The notes under the pieces: model-generated
Database searches by the model: none
Told to the model about the DNA's origin: nothing
The model's input: only the letters and a program-made list of their open reading frames with translations
In this document: piece after piece, positions 47,282 through 57,061 of the stretch
Position numbering within the stretch: the first letter of the stretch is position 1
Layout of the letters: each line of letters opens with the position of its first letter
Made by a program: the position numbers and the translations under genes
NCBI GenBank assembly: GCA_016930485.1
Contig: JAFGGP010000030.1
Span: 2,745 to 66,744, forward strand
Reading direction: 5' to 3'
DNA from: Candidatus Omnitrophota bacterium
GTDB lineage: Bacteria > Omnitrophota > Gorgyraeia > JAFGGP01
Length of the DNA stretch: 64,000 nt

Positions 47282-47941
47282 CTAAAACATTCCTCCTTTG
47301 CCTTCCAATTTTTCAATCGCCCTGATCCATGAATCTCCTTCCTTGCCAAAACCTTCCTTGGAAAACCGGTAATCATGCTTTCTCTGAAATTCATTCAGTT
47401 CAGCAATCAAGCCTGATATCTTTTCTGACTCAATTGCTATTATCTCCTCAATCGCTTTCCTGTTTTTAAATTTATTGATAGTTGTTAATAAATGGGGGAT
47501 ACAGAAACCGAAAGAATTTTTATAGTGATACTTTAATTCAGAATCAATTAAATTCTCAATAAAAACAGAAACATAGCGGTTTTCGACATCTTTCTCCTGC
47601 CTGCAGAACATGCAATTATTTTTTAGCTTCCTGGTTTTATTCAAGTCCTTAATTACCGCAGGCAGGTCATCTGTCTTTCCTAATTTTTTGTTAATAAGCT
47701 GTGCTAAATCCTCATACACAATGCTTATGCCAAAGCCGTCTCCGAATTTCTGTAATTGCCAGACATGGCGATTGCAAAAGCCGTATGATTCCCTGATTTC
47801 TTTTCTCAATCCCGGATCGTTTACGCTTTCATATAAAAAGTCATCCATAAATTTATGCGTGCTCTTTCTGATCAAAGAACAGACAAGGCACCCCTTTTCT
47901 TTTATGGCGTCCAGCAAGTTATAATACGGCGTGTGTTTCAT
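47282..47941 (-). CDS. Cys-rich hypothetical protein (duplicated CxxC ... GFCxxH unit)
   Basis: GCLVCSL...YGFCNRHVWQL and NCMFCRQ...FGFCIPHLL. Confidence 0.55.
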   Translation of the reverse strand: MKHTPYYNLLDAIKEKGCLVCSLIRKSTHKFMDDFLYESVNDPGLRKEIRESYGFCNRHVWQLQKFGDGFGISIVYEDLAQLINKKLGKTDDLPAVIKDLNKTRKLKNNCMFCRQEKDVENRYVSVFIENLIDSELKYHYKNSFGFCIPHLLTTINKFKNRKAIEEIIAIESEKISGLIAELNEFQRKHDYRFSKEGFGKEGDSWIRAIEKLEGKGGMF

Positions 47942-48288
47942 GTCTCTATAACAAAAAAGCCTCTATCTTCTTTAAGTAGAGGATTATATAAAAACACCTC
48001 TACCATTTTTTAGTAGAGGTTATCAACCTTTAGTTCTGAGGTGGTTTTTAAAAAGGGCGAACCTCATCGCCTTTAATCCTTATTAGTTAAGATACCATAA
48101 ATTCATGAAAAGGCAAGTTAAATGTGCATGGAGGTATAAAAGAATACGGGACACTAAGAAAATTGAAAATCATGAACAAATAAAGAACAAAAAAATATAA
48201 ATACGCCAATAACGATATCGTTTGGGCAATGAGGTCTGCCCAGGTTAATCCCGAACCGCCTCAGGCTAATGACTTCTAAGGGATTAAT

Positions 48289-48516
48289 ATGATTGCAACA
48301 TTACAACAATACATGGTAATTCTCATTCTACCCTCTCTTGTTTTCGGCATTCCCTTCTGGATAATGATATTTATTGCGACATATGTGCCTTTCCCAAGGA
48401 TGGAGAAAGCAGATAGATTAAAGATGAGTGTTAGTAATGCTACAATTCTCACATTATTGATGCTTTTGATATCTTATCTGTTTTTAGTGCTGCTTTTCGA
48501 ATACATACTAAAATGA
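48289..48516 (+). CDS. Small membrane protein
   Basis: 75 aa with three hydrophobic helices. Confidence 0.4.
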   Translation: MIATLQQYMVILILPSLVFGIPFWIMIFIATYVPFPRMEKADRLKMSVSNATILTLLMLLISYLFLVLLFEYILK

Positions 48517-48929
48517 GGCGCTCAAGACATGTCGACAAAGGGCTGCTGAAATTTTTCATGCACAGCAACAGCCTGAATGACTTGCTGGAGATTCTTAACA
48601 ATATCTGCGGGCAATTGGACTTGAATTATTTAAACCCGAGATTAAGGCATTTCAAATATTTCCAGTTTACCTTCTTCGGCTTGATGTTAAGGGCAAGAGG
48701 GCTGCTGGAAATTATGCTTTTCAGGCTGGAACCGATTGAAAACAATTTCTCTGAATTCAAGAAGATAAGAGTAGAGCTCCTGAATTTAAGGAAGAATGTG
48801 CAAATCGCAGACAACTTCATAAAAGAAAAAAAGATGAGGGAAGGGAGAGATAAGGTAATTGAGGTTGCTGAAGAATACTCAAAAATCTTTGAAGATATAA
48901 ATAAGTTATTGGACAAATATATACCATAG
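48513..48929 (+). CDS. Hypothetical protein
   Basis: 138-aa ORF overlapping the previous stop (ATGA). Confidence 0.4.
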   Translation: MRRSRHVDKGLLKFFMHSNSLNDLLEILNNICGQLDLNYLNPRLRHFKYFQFTFFGLMLRARGLLEIMLFRLEPIENNFSEFKKIRVELLNLRKNVQIADNFIKEKKMREGRDKVIEVAEEYSKIFEDINKLLDKYIP

Positions 48930-48975
48930 TCCGCATCTTTGAAATCTTATGCTTTATGTGTCCTAAGAACAGAGT

Positions 48976-49188
48976 CTAACAGGAACTATTCAAGAATTCC
49001 TGCACCCTGTTAAAATTTCTGCCCACAGGCTTTCTCCCCCTCACTTCCCAATTTATCACAGTATCCTCGGTAACCCCAAGTTGTGCCGCAAGCTCCTTGA
49101 TCATCAAACCCCTGTCCATCCTTGCTTTCCTTATCCTCTCGCCCAAATTCTTAGGATTTTGGGGGTAATCAGGGTCAAAATCATTCAA
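48976..49188 (-). CDS. XRE-family HTH protein (frame stays open upstream through attR)
   Basis: LGERIRKARMDRGLMIKELAAQLGVTEDTVINWE. The annotated start is TTG. The same frame has no stop up to 49275. Confidence 0.65.
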   Translation of the reverse strand: MNDFDPDYPQNPKNLGERIRKARMDRGLMIKELAAQLGVTEDTVINWEVRGRKPVGRNFNRVQEFLNSSC

Positions 49189-49223
49189 ATTAAGGCTTAA
49201 TTCAAGGTTATAGACAAGAGGAA

Positions 49224-49260
49224 TGTTGTCATTGTGTACATCAGGGATGCCCGTGCGGCT
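49224..49260. other. attR of integrated element
   Basis: Element-side arm TGTTGTCATT (49224-49233) and core TGCCCGTGCGGCT (49248-49260). Confidence 0.8.
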
Positions 49261-49724
49261 ACTTTGCCTCCTCCCTCAGGGAGTGTCGTTGTTCCGTAAC
49301 GGCGATTGAAAAATACCGCGCCCGCATATCAGGGCCTCTTCTTGACAGGATTGACATCCATATCGAGACACCGGCCCTTGCCTACAAGGAACTTGCAGGT
49401 TCTGATGAGGAGGAGGCCTCGTGTACCATACGCGGTCGAGTAGTTGCTGTGCGGGAAGTACAGATGGGACGTTTCAAGAAAACCGGCATTTTTTGTAACG
49501 CCCACATGAAGATATCCGAGATAAAGAAACACTGCGGTCTTGAGCCGGCGGCCGGGCGGCTCCTAAAGATGGCAATAGCAGAGCTGGGAATCAGCGCGCG
49601 GGCCTACCACCGGATACTGAAGGTGGCGCGGACAGTGGCCGATATGGATGGGTCGGACCGCATCGAAGAAAGCCACGTAGCAGAGGCTATACAGTACAGA
49701 AGTCTGGATAGGCGGTTGTGGTAA
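49250..49724 (+). pseudogene. comM: comM/yifB 3' fragment
   Basis: ..CGYFASSLRECRCSVTAIEKYRARISGPLLDRIDIHIETP...ARAYHRILKVARTVADMDG..HVAEAIQYRSLDRRLW*. In frame with the 5' fragment; the total is 509 codons when joined. Confidence 0.9.
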
Positions 49725-49803
49725 TGGCTTGGCTTAGATAATCAAAAAAATGCCATCGCGCCTGCTGTCTAGATATGCCCTTCTTCACATTTTTCCCTAT
49801 GCA

Positions 49804-49840
49804 TAGGTCACATTTAAGTGTGACCTAGGTTGTGGATAAA
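49804..49840 (+). repeat. REP-like palindromic element, copy 2
   Basis: taGGTCACATTTAAGTGTGACCtaggttgtggataaa, immediately 5' of the RAYT gene. Confidence 0.85.
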
Positions 49841-49918
49841 TTTGCAGCTCTTTTATTGCAAATAAAATACAAGATAGGCAGCATCCACTATAACCCTATA
49901 CTCTCAAGAACAGTTATT

Positions 49919-50410
49919 ATGTCAACTATAAAAAGATATTGTGTAAAAAACGCCGCATATTTTTTGACCACAAACACGAAAGGTAGAATAGAGATATTCC
50001 GAGAACCCAAAAATTGTGATCTTTTGCTTATAACCATAGAATATTTTAAACGTGTCCTTGATTGCAAAGTATATGGTTTTTGTGTCATGCCCGATCATTG
50101 CCATTTGGCTATTCATCCATTTGGAAGATATACATTCTCGTATATAATGAAAATGATAAAGGGGAGTTTTGCCAGGCGCCTCAACAAAAGCAGGGATACT
50201 CAGGGTACGATTTGGCAGAGAAAATTTTATGAGGTATGCATATTGACGAATTTTGATCTTATTAATAGACTAGAATACATGCATAATAATCCTGTTAAGG
50301 CCGGGCTAGTAAAAACGCCTGAACAATATCCTTACTCTAGCTATAATCATTACATAAAAAATGACTATGCCCAAAATCCTATAATTTCCATAGATGTCCC
50401 AGAGCTATAA
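49919..50410 (+). CDS. REP-associated tyrosine transposase (RAYT; IS200/IS605 Y1 HUH family)
   Basis: HUH: FCVMPDHCHLAIHP; catalytic Tyr region LEYMHNNPVKAGLV. The start is set at MSTIKRY; the track start 49832 lies inside the REP. Confidence 0.8.
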   Translation: MSTIKRYCVKNAAYFLTTNTKGRIEIFREPKNCDLLLITIEYFKRVLDCKVYGFCVMPDHCHLAIHPFGRYTFSYIMKMIKGSFARRLNKSRDTQGTIWQRKFYEVCILTNFDLINRLEYMHNNPVKAGLVKTPEQYPYSSYNHYIKNDYAQNPIISIDVPEL

Positions 50411-50471
50411 TATTCGTTCGCAGCCATAATAAAAATGATAGGCAAGGAAACATTTCCTTTTTCCGTATCCA

Positions 50472-50507
50472 TAGTCACATTTAAGTGTGACCTAGGTTGT
50501 GGATAAA
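50472..50507 (+). repeat. REP-like palindromic element, copy 3
   Basis: taGTCACATTTAAGTGTGACCtaggttgtggataaa (1-nt deletion in the left arm), 60 nt 3' of the RAYT gene. Confidence 0.85.
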
Positions 50508-50697
50508 TTCGTAACTGCTTATGTTACAACAAAATAAAGGGGTTTGTTTTTGGCGTAGCTTGTTCTTTTTCAAAAGAAAGGAAGTTTTTTTAAATCAGGC
50601 GGGTGTCAGCAACGGGAAATGCAATCGCAACATACACCACAATAGTCGGATTTCCTAAAAATGCTTAATCCGCGAGGGGGATAAAAAATGTTGCTTT

Positions 50698-51120
50698 TTG
50701 CGCTCTTCTTTTCGCTATGCTATACTATATACGATGCACCGCCCCGTAATAATAAAAATTATAGGAATAGCGGAATTGCTTGTCGCCTTCGTAGCGCTGG
50801 CGAGTTTTGCCATATGTTTTTTGTTGTCTACGTTAAACAAACCCTCCAACGTATTCGTATTTGTCGTCATATCTAACATAATCTCTGCTTCATTGGGAAT
50901 CGGCATATTACGGCATCGGGAATGGGCCAGGGCAACCCTTATATTCTTTTCCGGCTATATCATTATTACAAAACTGCTTATCTTTTCTCAGCTCCTGCAT
51001 TTTTCAGGCGAGATCCTGGTATTTATACCGCCGACGTTGAAAAATGCTCTTTCTATCGTCTACCACGGCTTTCTTATAGTAGTACTGCGTAACCCGGCGG
51101 TCAAAAAATACTTTAATTAA
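50698..51120 (+). CDS. Small integral membrane protein
   Basis: 140 aa with 4 predicted helices. Confidence 0.5.
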   Translation: MRSSFRYAILYTMHRPVIIKIIGIAELLVAFVALASFAICFLLSTLNKPSNVFVFVVISNIISASLGIGILRHREWARATLIFFSGYIIITKLLIFSQLLHFSGEILVFIPPTLKNALSIVYHGFLIVVLRNPAVKKYFN

Positions 51121-51121
51121 A

Positions 51122-53089
51122 ATGAAACCCGAAAATAAAAATTACATCCTGGAAAATATTAAGACGAAATCTGTAGAGCAGATTTCACAAGAGTTAGGTA
51201 TTCGAGAGAAAGATATTAGGCGGTTTATACAAAAAGAGCGGGCAAGAAAAAAACAACAAGGTCCCACATTAGAGGCTGCGCGCGCCACAGAAAGAGTAGA
51301 TGTTAAAAAAGCCGAAAAAGATAAAAAAACAGGGGGGCTTAAAGAGTTAAGCAATAATACTGCCACAACAATAACGGTACTTGCGATCTGTTTAATAATT
51401 GTCGCAGGGTTCGCCACCTATTGCACTATGCTTAACGGGGAGTTTTTGTGGGATGATATTGGTTTGGTGAAGAATAATTTTTATATACAAAATTGGTCTA
51501 ATATCGCTCCCATTTTTTTAAACAAGCAAAGTATTACTGCGGGAAAGGAAATCATTTTTTACCGCCCGCTTCAGATGGTTACCTACATGTGTGATTATTC
51601 GTTATGGAAATTCAACAGTATGGGATACCATCTCACAAGCATTATAATACATATTTGTGTTGCTTTGTGTATTTATTGGTTTACCATTCTTCTTTTTAAA
51701 GACGGACGGCTTTCATTGTTGACCAGCCTCTTTTTTGTTGTTCACCCCATACACATAGAGTCAGTTTCATATATATCCGGCCGATCTGATTCGCTTGGGC
51801 CGCTGTTTTTGCTTATTGCCTTTATTTTTTATATCAAGTCCCTCCGTTATCGTGAATTTAAAAATGCCGGCATGTATATTTTGGCTTTTGTAAGTTATAT
51901 AGCAGCTTTGCTCTCGCGCGAAAACAGCCTCATCTTTCCGGTATTGCTCATTTTTTACCACTGGCATTTTAAGGTAAGGGTTGGCATCAAGAAAATGATG
52001 CCTATTCTGGCCATCACCGTTGCATACCTCATAATGAGAGTAACCCTTTTAAGCCCTCCATCGAAAATTGTCTCTAAAGGTGCTTTTACCGGCACCGCTC
52101 TGTTGCAAAGAGTTCCCGGTATGTTTCGCGCGTTTTTCAATTATATAAGACTGCTACTAGTGCCTTTTAACCAGCATATGGAGTATGGATCAAACTTATA
52201 CCACTTTAATGACGTAACAGTACTTCTGGGAATCGTCTTGTTATCATCGCTTGTTTTTTATGCTATAAAAATAAGAAAAACGCAAAAACTGGTATTTTTC
52301 TCTCTGTTGTGGTTTTTTATTACACTCCTGCCTGTCTCTAATATATATCCGCTGAATGCCTATATGGCAGAGCACTGGCTGTATCTGCCGTCGCTGGGTT
52401 TTTTTCTGCTTTTGGCAAAATCCGTTGACTCTGTATCATCGCAGATAAAAAAGAGATGTCCCGCAATTTTTTCTATAATACCCGTAATAGCCGTGTTGGT
52501 TTTTTATTCAAGGCTGACCATCAAAGAAAATAATTATTGGAACAACCCGCTGCTTTTCTATCAGAAAACAGTGCAATACGCCCCTGAAAGCGCGAGACTG
52601 TATAATAATCTCGGTAATATATATTTGTCTATGAAGGAATACCAGAAAGCCATAACTGCGTACACAAAGGCGATAGAGATTGACCCTAATTATGCGGACG
52701 CATATAGCAATCTCGGTAATATATATTTTTCTCTGGAACAATACCAAAAAGCCATCACTGCGTACACAAAGGCAATAGAACTCAACCCTAACTATGAGGA
52801 CGCGTACTTCAATCTTGCCAATACCTACAATACGTTCAATAACGATTATAAAAAAGCCATCCCTTTATACAAAAAGGCCATAGAACTTAATCCAAACTTT
52901 GCAAGCGCATACTATAATCTTGGCAGAACATACGGCTCAATGGGAGATATAAACAAAGCAATATCTCTTCTGGAGAAAGCAATAGCATTAGACCCTAATC
53001 TTACAGAGGCCTACGACATGCTTGCCGCCGCATACACAGCATCTGGTCATCCGGAGAAAGCCCGCAGCTTATTGGATAAAAGAAAGTAA
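51122..53089 (+). CDS. Polytopic PMT/TMTC-like (GT-C) membrane protein with C-terminal TPR repeats
   Basis: ~10 TM helices after a short HTH-like N-terminus, then 6-7 TPR units (..YNNLGNIYLSMKEYQKAITAYTKAIEIDPNYADAY.. repeated). Confidence 0.7.
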   Translation: MKPENKNYILENIKTKSVEQISQELGIREKDIRRFIQKERARKKQQGPTLEAARATERVDVKKAEKDKKTGGLKELSNNTATTITVLAICLIIVAGFATYCTMLNGEFLWDDIGLVKNNFYIQNWSNIAPIFLNKQSITAGKEIIFYRPLQMVTYMCDYSLWKFNSMGYHLTSIIIHICVALCIYWFTILLFKDGRLSLLTSLFFVVHPIHIESVSYISGRSDSLGPLFLLIAFIFYIKSLRYREFKNAGMYILAFVSYIAALLSRENSLIFPVLLIFYHWHFKVRVGIKKMMPILAITVAYLIMRVTLLSPPSKIVSKGAFTGTALLQRVPGMFRAFFNYIRLLLVPFNQHMEYGSNLYHFNDVTVLLGIVLLSSLVFYAIKIRKTQKLVFFSLLWFFITLLPVSNIYPLNAYMAEHWLYLPSLGFFLLLAKSVDSVSSQIKKRCPAIFSIIPVIAVLVFYSRLTIKENNYWNNPLLFYQKTVQYAPESARLYNNLGNIYLSMKEYQKAITAYTKAIEIDPNYADAYSNLGNIYFSLEQYQKAITAYTKAIELNPNYEDAYFNLANTYNTFNNDYKKAIPLYKKAIELNPNFASAYYNLGRTYGSMGDINKAISLLEKAIALDPNLTEAYDMLAAAYTASGHPEKARSLLDKRK

Positions 53090-53231
53090 ACCTCGTTAGA
53101 CCCCTACCTAAAGACCAGGGCTTTCTTGCTGCCTAGGAAGCTATAAAACAATAGACATTGCCGGCATCAAAGACGTTCATGCTCACTACTACAGGAGCAA
53201 GGAACCCCATAAGGAACGTTCTGAAGGTGCC
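53078..53231 (+). repeat. ~150-nt repeat, copy A (begins in last codons of 51122-53089)
   Basis: aaaagaaagTAAacctcgttagacccctacctaaagaccaggg...ggaacgttctgaaggtgcc. About 90% identical by eye to the reverse complement of 56911-57061. Confidence 0.85.
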
Positions 53232-53341
53232 AACAATGTTAGCGCGTTCGGTTGCTTTTTTGTTTCAATGCAACAGTGTATTCATTTCCCCACTTTGAAA
53301 AACGGGGCTTTGCGGGCTTAACGGAGCAAATAAAAGGTGGG

Positions 53342-54415
53342 TTACACGCTGAACCGGATGTGCAGAATGTCGCCGTCCTCGACGATATAGTCTTTTCCCT
53401 TTACGTAAAACTTGCCGGCCTCTTTGAGTTTTTCCTCGCTTCCAGCGGCAATAAACTCGCCGTATTTCATGACCTCGGCCCGGATAAAACCCCGTTCCAT
53501 ATCGCTGTGTATTGTCCCTGCCGCCTCGGGGGCAAGAGAATTTGCCGGGACCGTCCATTGCCTGACCTCTTCTCCGCTGGCGGTAAAAAAAGATATCAGA
53601 TCCAACGCCTTCATTGAGAGACCGGTAAGTATGTTAATGGCGGGTTCCTGGATTCCCAACGCCTCCAAAAATTCTTTTTTTTCTGCTTCTGTCTCTAATG
53701 TTCTTATTTCAGATTCAACTTTCGCGCATACCTGCATACTGTCGATGCCTAAAGGAGCAAGCTTGTTTGTCAGCTGACCCAAAAATGCCGTATCCCCAAG
53801 CTTATCCTCAGAGACATTCAGAACGATCAGCATTTTTTTCAACGTAATAAAGGGGTAGCCGGAGATAATCTTTTTTTCGTCTTTGTCCAGTGTCAGAAGC
53901 CGCAGAGGCATCTCTTTCTCCAGCTGTTCCTTGAGTCGGATCAGAAGGTCTCTTTCCCTGGTCCCTGATTTATCCGCTATTTTCCTCAGGGTATTCTCAA
54001 GGCGTTCCAGTCTTTTCTCGATAAATACCAGGTCGTGGAGCACCAGTTCCGCATTGATAGTCTCTATATCCCGCGCCGCATCCACCGACCCTTTTATGTG
54101 GTAAATGGCATCGTCATGAAATGCCCTAACAACATGGCAGATGGCATCAAGGTTGATGATGTCTTTAAAAATCTCGCCCTTGGCAATAGTATCCTGTTCT
54201 ATCTTGGGGAGAAGCTCGAAATCTATCCGTGCGCGTACGCTTTTTTTAGGCCTGTAGATACCGACTAACGCGTCAAATCTCGCGTCGTATATTTCCGCGA
54301 CACTCTTGATGGGTTTATTTGACGCAAGGTCCTTATCGGAACACGTATATCCGGTAAGCACCTCAAACAGTGTTTTTTTTCCGGTCTGCGGCAGACCGAT
54401 AATGCCGATTTTCAC
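53342..54415 (-). CDS. ychF: Ribosome-associated ATPase YchF (Obg-like)
   Basis: G1 GIIGLPQTGKKTLF; C-terminal TGS/DUF933 ..VRQWTVP....APEAAGTIHSDMERGFIRAEV.... Confidence 0.9.
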   Translation of the reverse strand: MKIGIIGLPQTGKKTLFEVLTGYTCSDKDLASNKPIKSVAEIYDARFDALVGIYRPKKSVRARIDFELLPKIEQDTIAKGEIFKDIINLDAICHVVRAFHDDAIYHIKGSVDAARDIETINAELVLHDLVFIEKRLERLENTLRKIADKSGTRERDLLIRLKEQLEKEMPLRLLTLDKDEKKIISGYPFITLKKMLIVLNVSEDKLGDTAFLGQLTNKLAPLGIDSMQVCAKVESEIRTLETEAEKKEFLEALGIQEPAINILTGLSMKALDLISFFTASGEEVRQWTVPANSLAPEAAGTIHSDMERGFIRAEVMKYGEFIAAGSEEKLKEAGKFYVKGKDYIVEDGDILHIRFSV

Positions 54416-54630
54416 TAATGCCTCACTTTGAAAGGAGTTAATGTGCTGTTTATATGTTATACTCTACCACAATTTCTGCGTCTTTTCCTGATGAAAATGA
54501 AATTCCGGTGCCTGATTTTTGCGTGGAAATATAAAAAGGACAGCGACCGGACCGACAAGACAAAACTATAGTGATAATTTGTTTGCACTAACCCTTTATT
54601 TTTGGTATAGTTATAATATCATCTCTGGGT

Positions 54631-55800
54631 GTGAAAATGAACGATCCTGATCGGCATATCCAACTTTCTATTGTCATTCCGTGTCTGAACGAGGAAGAAA
54701 CCCTTGGTCTGTGTATCACCAAGGCGTTCAAGGCAATAAGGGATCTCGGCATTTCGGGTGAGGTGGTGGTGGCTGATAACGGGTCAATCGATCAATCGGC
54801 CTCTATAGCCGAATCGCTCGGGGCCCGTGTCGTATATCAGCCATTACCGGGATACGGCAACGCCCTGATGAAGGGCGTTGCCGAGGCACAAGGGAAATTT
54901 GTCATTATGGGCGATGCCGATGATTCGTATGATTTTTCCTCCATAGCGCCCTTTATGGAAAAATTGAACGAAGGGTATGATCTGGTTATGGGAACGCGGC
55001 TTAAAGGGACGATTCATAAAGGTGCGATGCCGTTTTCGCACCGCTGGGGAAATCCGCTGATGACGTGGATCCTCAATCTCTTTTATCGGACAGGCATCTC
55101 TGACGTAAACTGCGGCATGCGGGGATTTACCAAAAAGGGCTTTGAGCGCCTCAATCTAAGATGCGGCGGCATGGAGTTTGCCTCTGAATTTGTCGTAAAG
55201 GCAATTAAAGAAAAATTGAGTGTCGCCGAAATCCCCATTACCTACTATAAAGATAAAAGAACCAGCCCTCCGCACCTCAGGACCTTTAGCGACGCGTGGC
55301 GACATATGCGGTTTCTTCTGCTCTACTGCCCGTCCTTTTTGTATCTTGTCCCCGGTGTATCGCTTCTTGTGTTGGGATTCTTTATCCTGATCCGCGGTTT
55401 ATTCGCACCCTTTCAGATAGCTAATATCATTCTTGACTATCACTATAATTTCCTTGCCGCCGTGTTTGCTATTCTCGGCGCCCAATTATGCCTGCTCGGG
55501 ATATACGCCCGCGCCTTTGCCTATATAAAAGGATTTGATAAATATGATACTTTTATAAAAAAATATATAAAGCAATTTTCGCTGGAGCGAGGGGCGCTTA
55601 TCGGCCTGCTTACTGTCGGGCTGGGCATGGTCTTTTTTGTGACCATACTGGTCAAATGGATCGCGGCGGGAGGCGGGGTCCTTTTTGAAGTGCGAAAAGG
55701 CATCATCGGCATTGCACTTCTGGCGATCGGATTTCAGCATATTTCTTTTTCTTTCCTTTTGAGCATGCTCTTAATGGAATCCCAGGAATATAACTCCTAA
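54631..55800 (+). CDS. GT2 glycosyltransferase with C-terminal 4-TM domain (GtrB/DPM1-like polyprenyl-phosphate sugar synthase)
   Basis: LSIVIPCLNEEE, VVVADNGSIDQS, GDADDSYD (DxD), then TM helices. Confidence 0.8.
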   Translation: MKMNDPDRHIQLSIVIPCLNEEETLGLCITKAFKAIRDLGISGEVVVADNGSIDQSASIAESLGARVVYQPLPGYGNALMKGVAEAQGKFVIMGDADDSYDFSSIAPFMEKLNEGYDLVMGTRLKGTIHKGAMPFSHRWGNPLMTWILNLFYRTGISDVNCGMRGFTKKGFERLNLRCGGMEFASEFVVKAIKEKLSVAEIPITYYKDKRTSPPHLRTFSDAWRHMRFLLLYCPSFLYLVPGVSLLVLGFFILIRGLFAPFQIANIILDYHYNFLAAVFAILGAQLCLLGIYARAFAYIKGFDKYDTFIKKYIKQFSLERGALIGLLTVGLGMVFFVTILVKWIAAGGGVLFEVRKGIIGIALLAIGFQHISFSFLLSMLLMESQEYNS

Positions 55801-55805
55801 AAAAC

Positions 55806-56804
55806 ATGCAGGCCGAATTCCCTTTTATTTCGATTGTCATCCCGGTAAGAAATGAGGCCTCCGTACTCGCCCGGTGCCTGGAATCGCTGGGTAAGCTCGA
55901 TTACCCCAAAGACCGCTATGAAATAATCATTGCTGACGGTCTCTCAACCGATCGCTCGGCAGAGATTGCCCGCTCCTTCGGCGCTATCGTCATCAGCAAC
56001 GAAGGCCTAACCGCCACAACAGGCAGAAACAGCGGCTTTGCCTGCGCACAGGGTGATATTGTCGCATTTACCGACGCGGATTGCGTCTTTGATCCAGGCT
56101 GGCTCAAAAACAGCTTGAAATACCTCGGTGACCCGAGGGTAGCCGGTGTAAGCGGGCCGACCCGCTTTCCTCCAGACAGCTCCCATTTTGAAGCGGCCGT
56201 GAATCTCATTTTTAATATGGTCGCCAAAACCCATTATACCGTACATATGCAAGAACTAAATCGCCCTCGAGAGATTCATGATATACCGGGGTGCAATGCG
56301 TTATACAAAAAAGAGGCGCTTGAGAAGGTTATGCCTCTGGATGAGAATCTACTGACCGCGGAGGATGTATGGGTCAACTATCTTTTGCGTAACGCGGGCT
56401 ATCGGCTGCTCCTGACGCCTGATATTATCGTATGGCATTACCGCCGTTCTTCCCCGAAAAAGTTCATACGTCAAATGTACCGGTATGCTATCGCCCGTTG
56501 CCAGGTCGGAAAGAAAAGCTCTTTACAGTTGTTGAGACCGCTTCATATAGTTATCGCTGTCCTGCCGGTGCTTTTTTTAATCGGCCTCACGGTTGCTTGT
56601 GCATTCGGGTTACTTTCGACGATGATAAAGACGGCCCTTATAATAATATTCATAATAACCGGGGCGCTGCTCGTGAAGACCGCAAATGTAGCGGTTGCGC
56701 TCTATACGATCTTAGCGGCGTTTATACTGGTGTGTTCGTGGTCGGCCGGTTTTTTAAGGGAGTGGTTTTTCCCTCTGCGGGTGAAGAAGACCGGTGATCA
56801 GTAA
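55806..56804 (+). CDS. GT2 glycosyltransferase with C-terminal TM helices
   Basis: ISIVIPVRNE, IIIADGLSTDRS, FTDADCVF, EDVWVNY. Confidence 0.8.
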   Translation: MQAEFPFISIVIPVRNEASVLARCLESLGKLDYPKDRYEIIIADGLSTDRSAEIARSFGAIVISNEGLTATTGRNSGFACAQGDIVAFTDADCVFDPGWLKNSLKYLGDPRVAGVSGPTRFPPDSSHFEAAVNLIFNMVAKTHYTVHMQELNRPREIHDIPGCNALYKKEALEKVMPLDENLLTAEDVWVNYLLRNAGYRLLLTPDIIVWHYRRSSPKKFIRQMYRYAIARCQVGKKSSLQLLRPLHIVIAVLPVLFLIGLTVACAFGLLSTMIKTALIIIFIITGALLVKTANVAVALYTILAAFILVCSWSAGFLREWFFPLRVKKTGDQ

Positions 56805-56816
56805 GTGCGTTGGCTT

Positions 56817-56850
56817 ACCCCGTTAGATTCAAAAAGCCCTGTTTTTTAAA
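56817..56850 (+). repeat. Degenerate partial third copy of the 5' end of the ~150-nt repeat
   Basis: accccgttagattcaaaaagccctg, 13 nt after the stop of 55806-56804 (compare aacctcgttagaccc...aaagaccaggg). Confidence 0.4.
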
Positions 56851-56910
56851 GTAAGGCTAAATGCAACGTTGTAGTGGAACAAAAGAGTAATCGAACGTGT
56901 CAATTTCATC

Positions 56911-57061
56911 GGCACCTTCAGAACGTTCCTTATGGGGTTCCTTGCTCCTGTAGTAGCAGCATGGGCGTCTTTGATGCCGGCAATGTCTATTGTTATAGCT
57001 TCCTAGGCAACAAGACAACCCTGGTTTTTAGGTAGGGATCTAACGGGGTTTACTTTCTTTT
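56911..57061 (-). repeat. ~150-nt repeat, copy B (begins in last codons of 57050-57961)
   Basis: On the minus strand: aaaagaaagTAAaccccgttagatccctacctaaaaaccaggg...ggaacgttctgaaggtgcc. Confidence 0.85.

Noticed and set aside
53252-53777. ORFs 53252-53617 (+), 53265-53558 (-) and 53412-53777 (+).
   Set aside because: They overlap the well-supported ychF coding region in other frames or on the other strand, and have no motifs.
53078-57061. The inverted ~150-nt repeats as boundaries of a programmed invertible (phase-variation) segment.
   Set aside because: There is no invertase or recombinase adjacent, the segment contains the housekeeping ychF, and each repeat is positioned identically relative to a gene 3' end. 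A shared 3' element seems more likely, and inversion is kept only as a testable side possibility.
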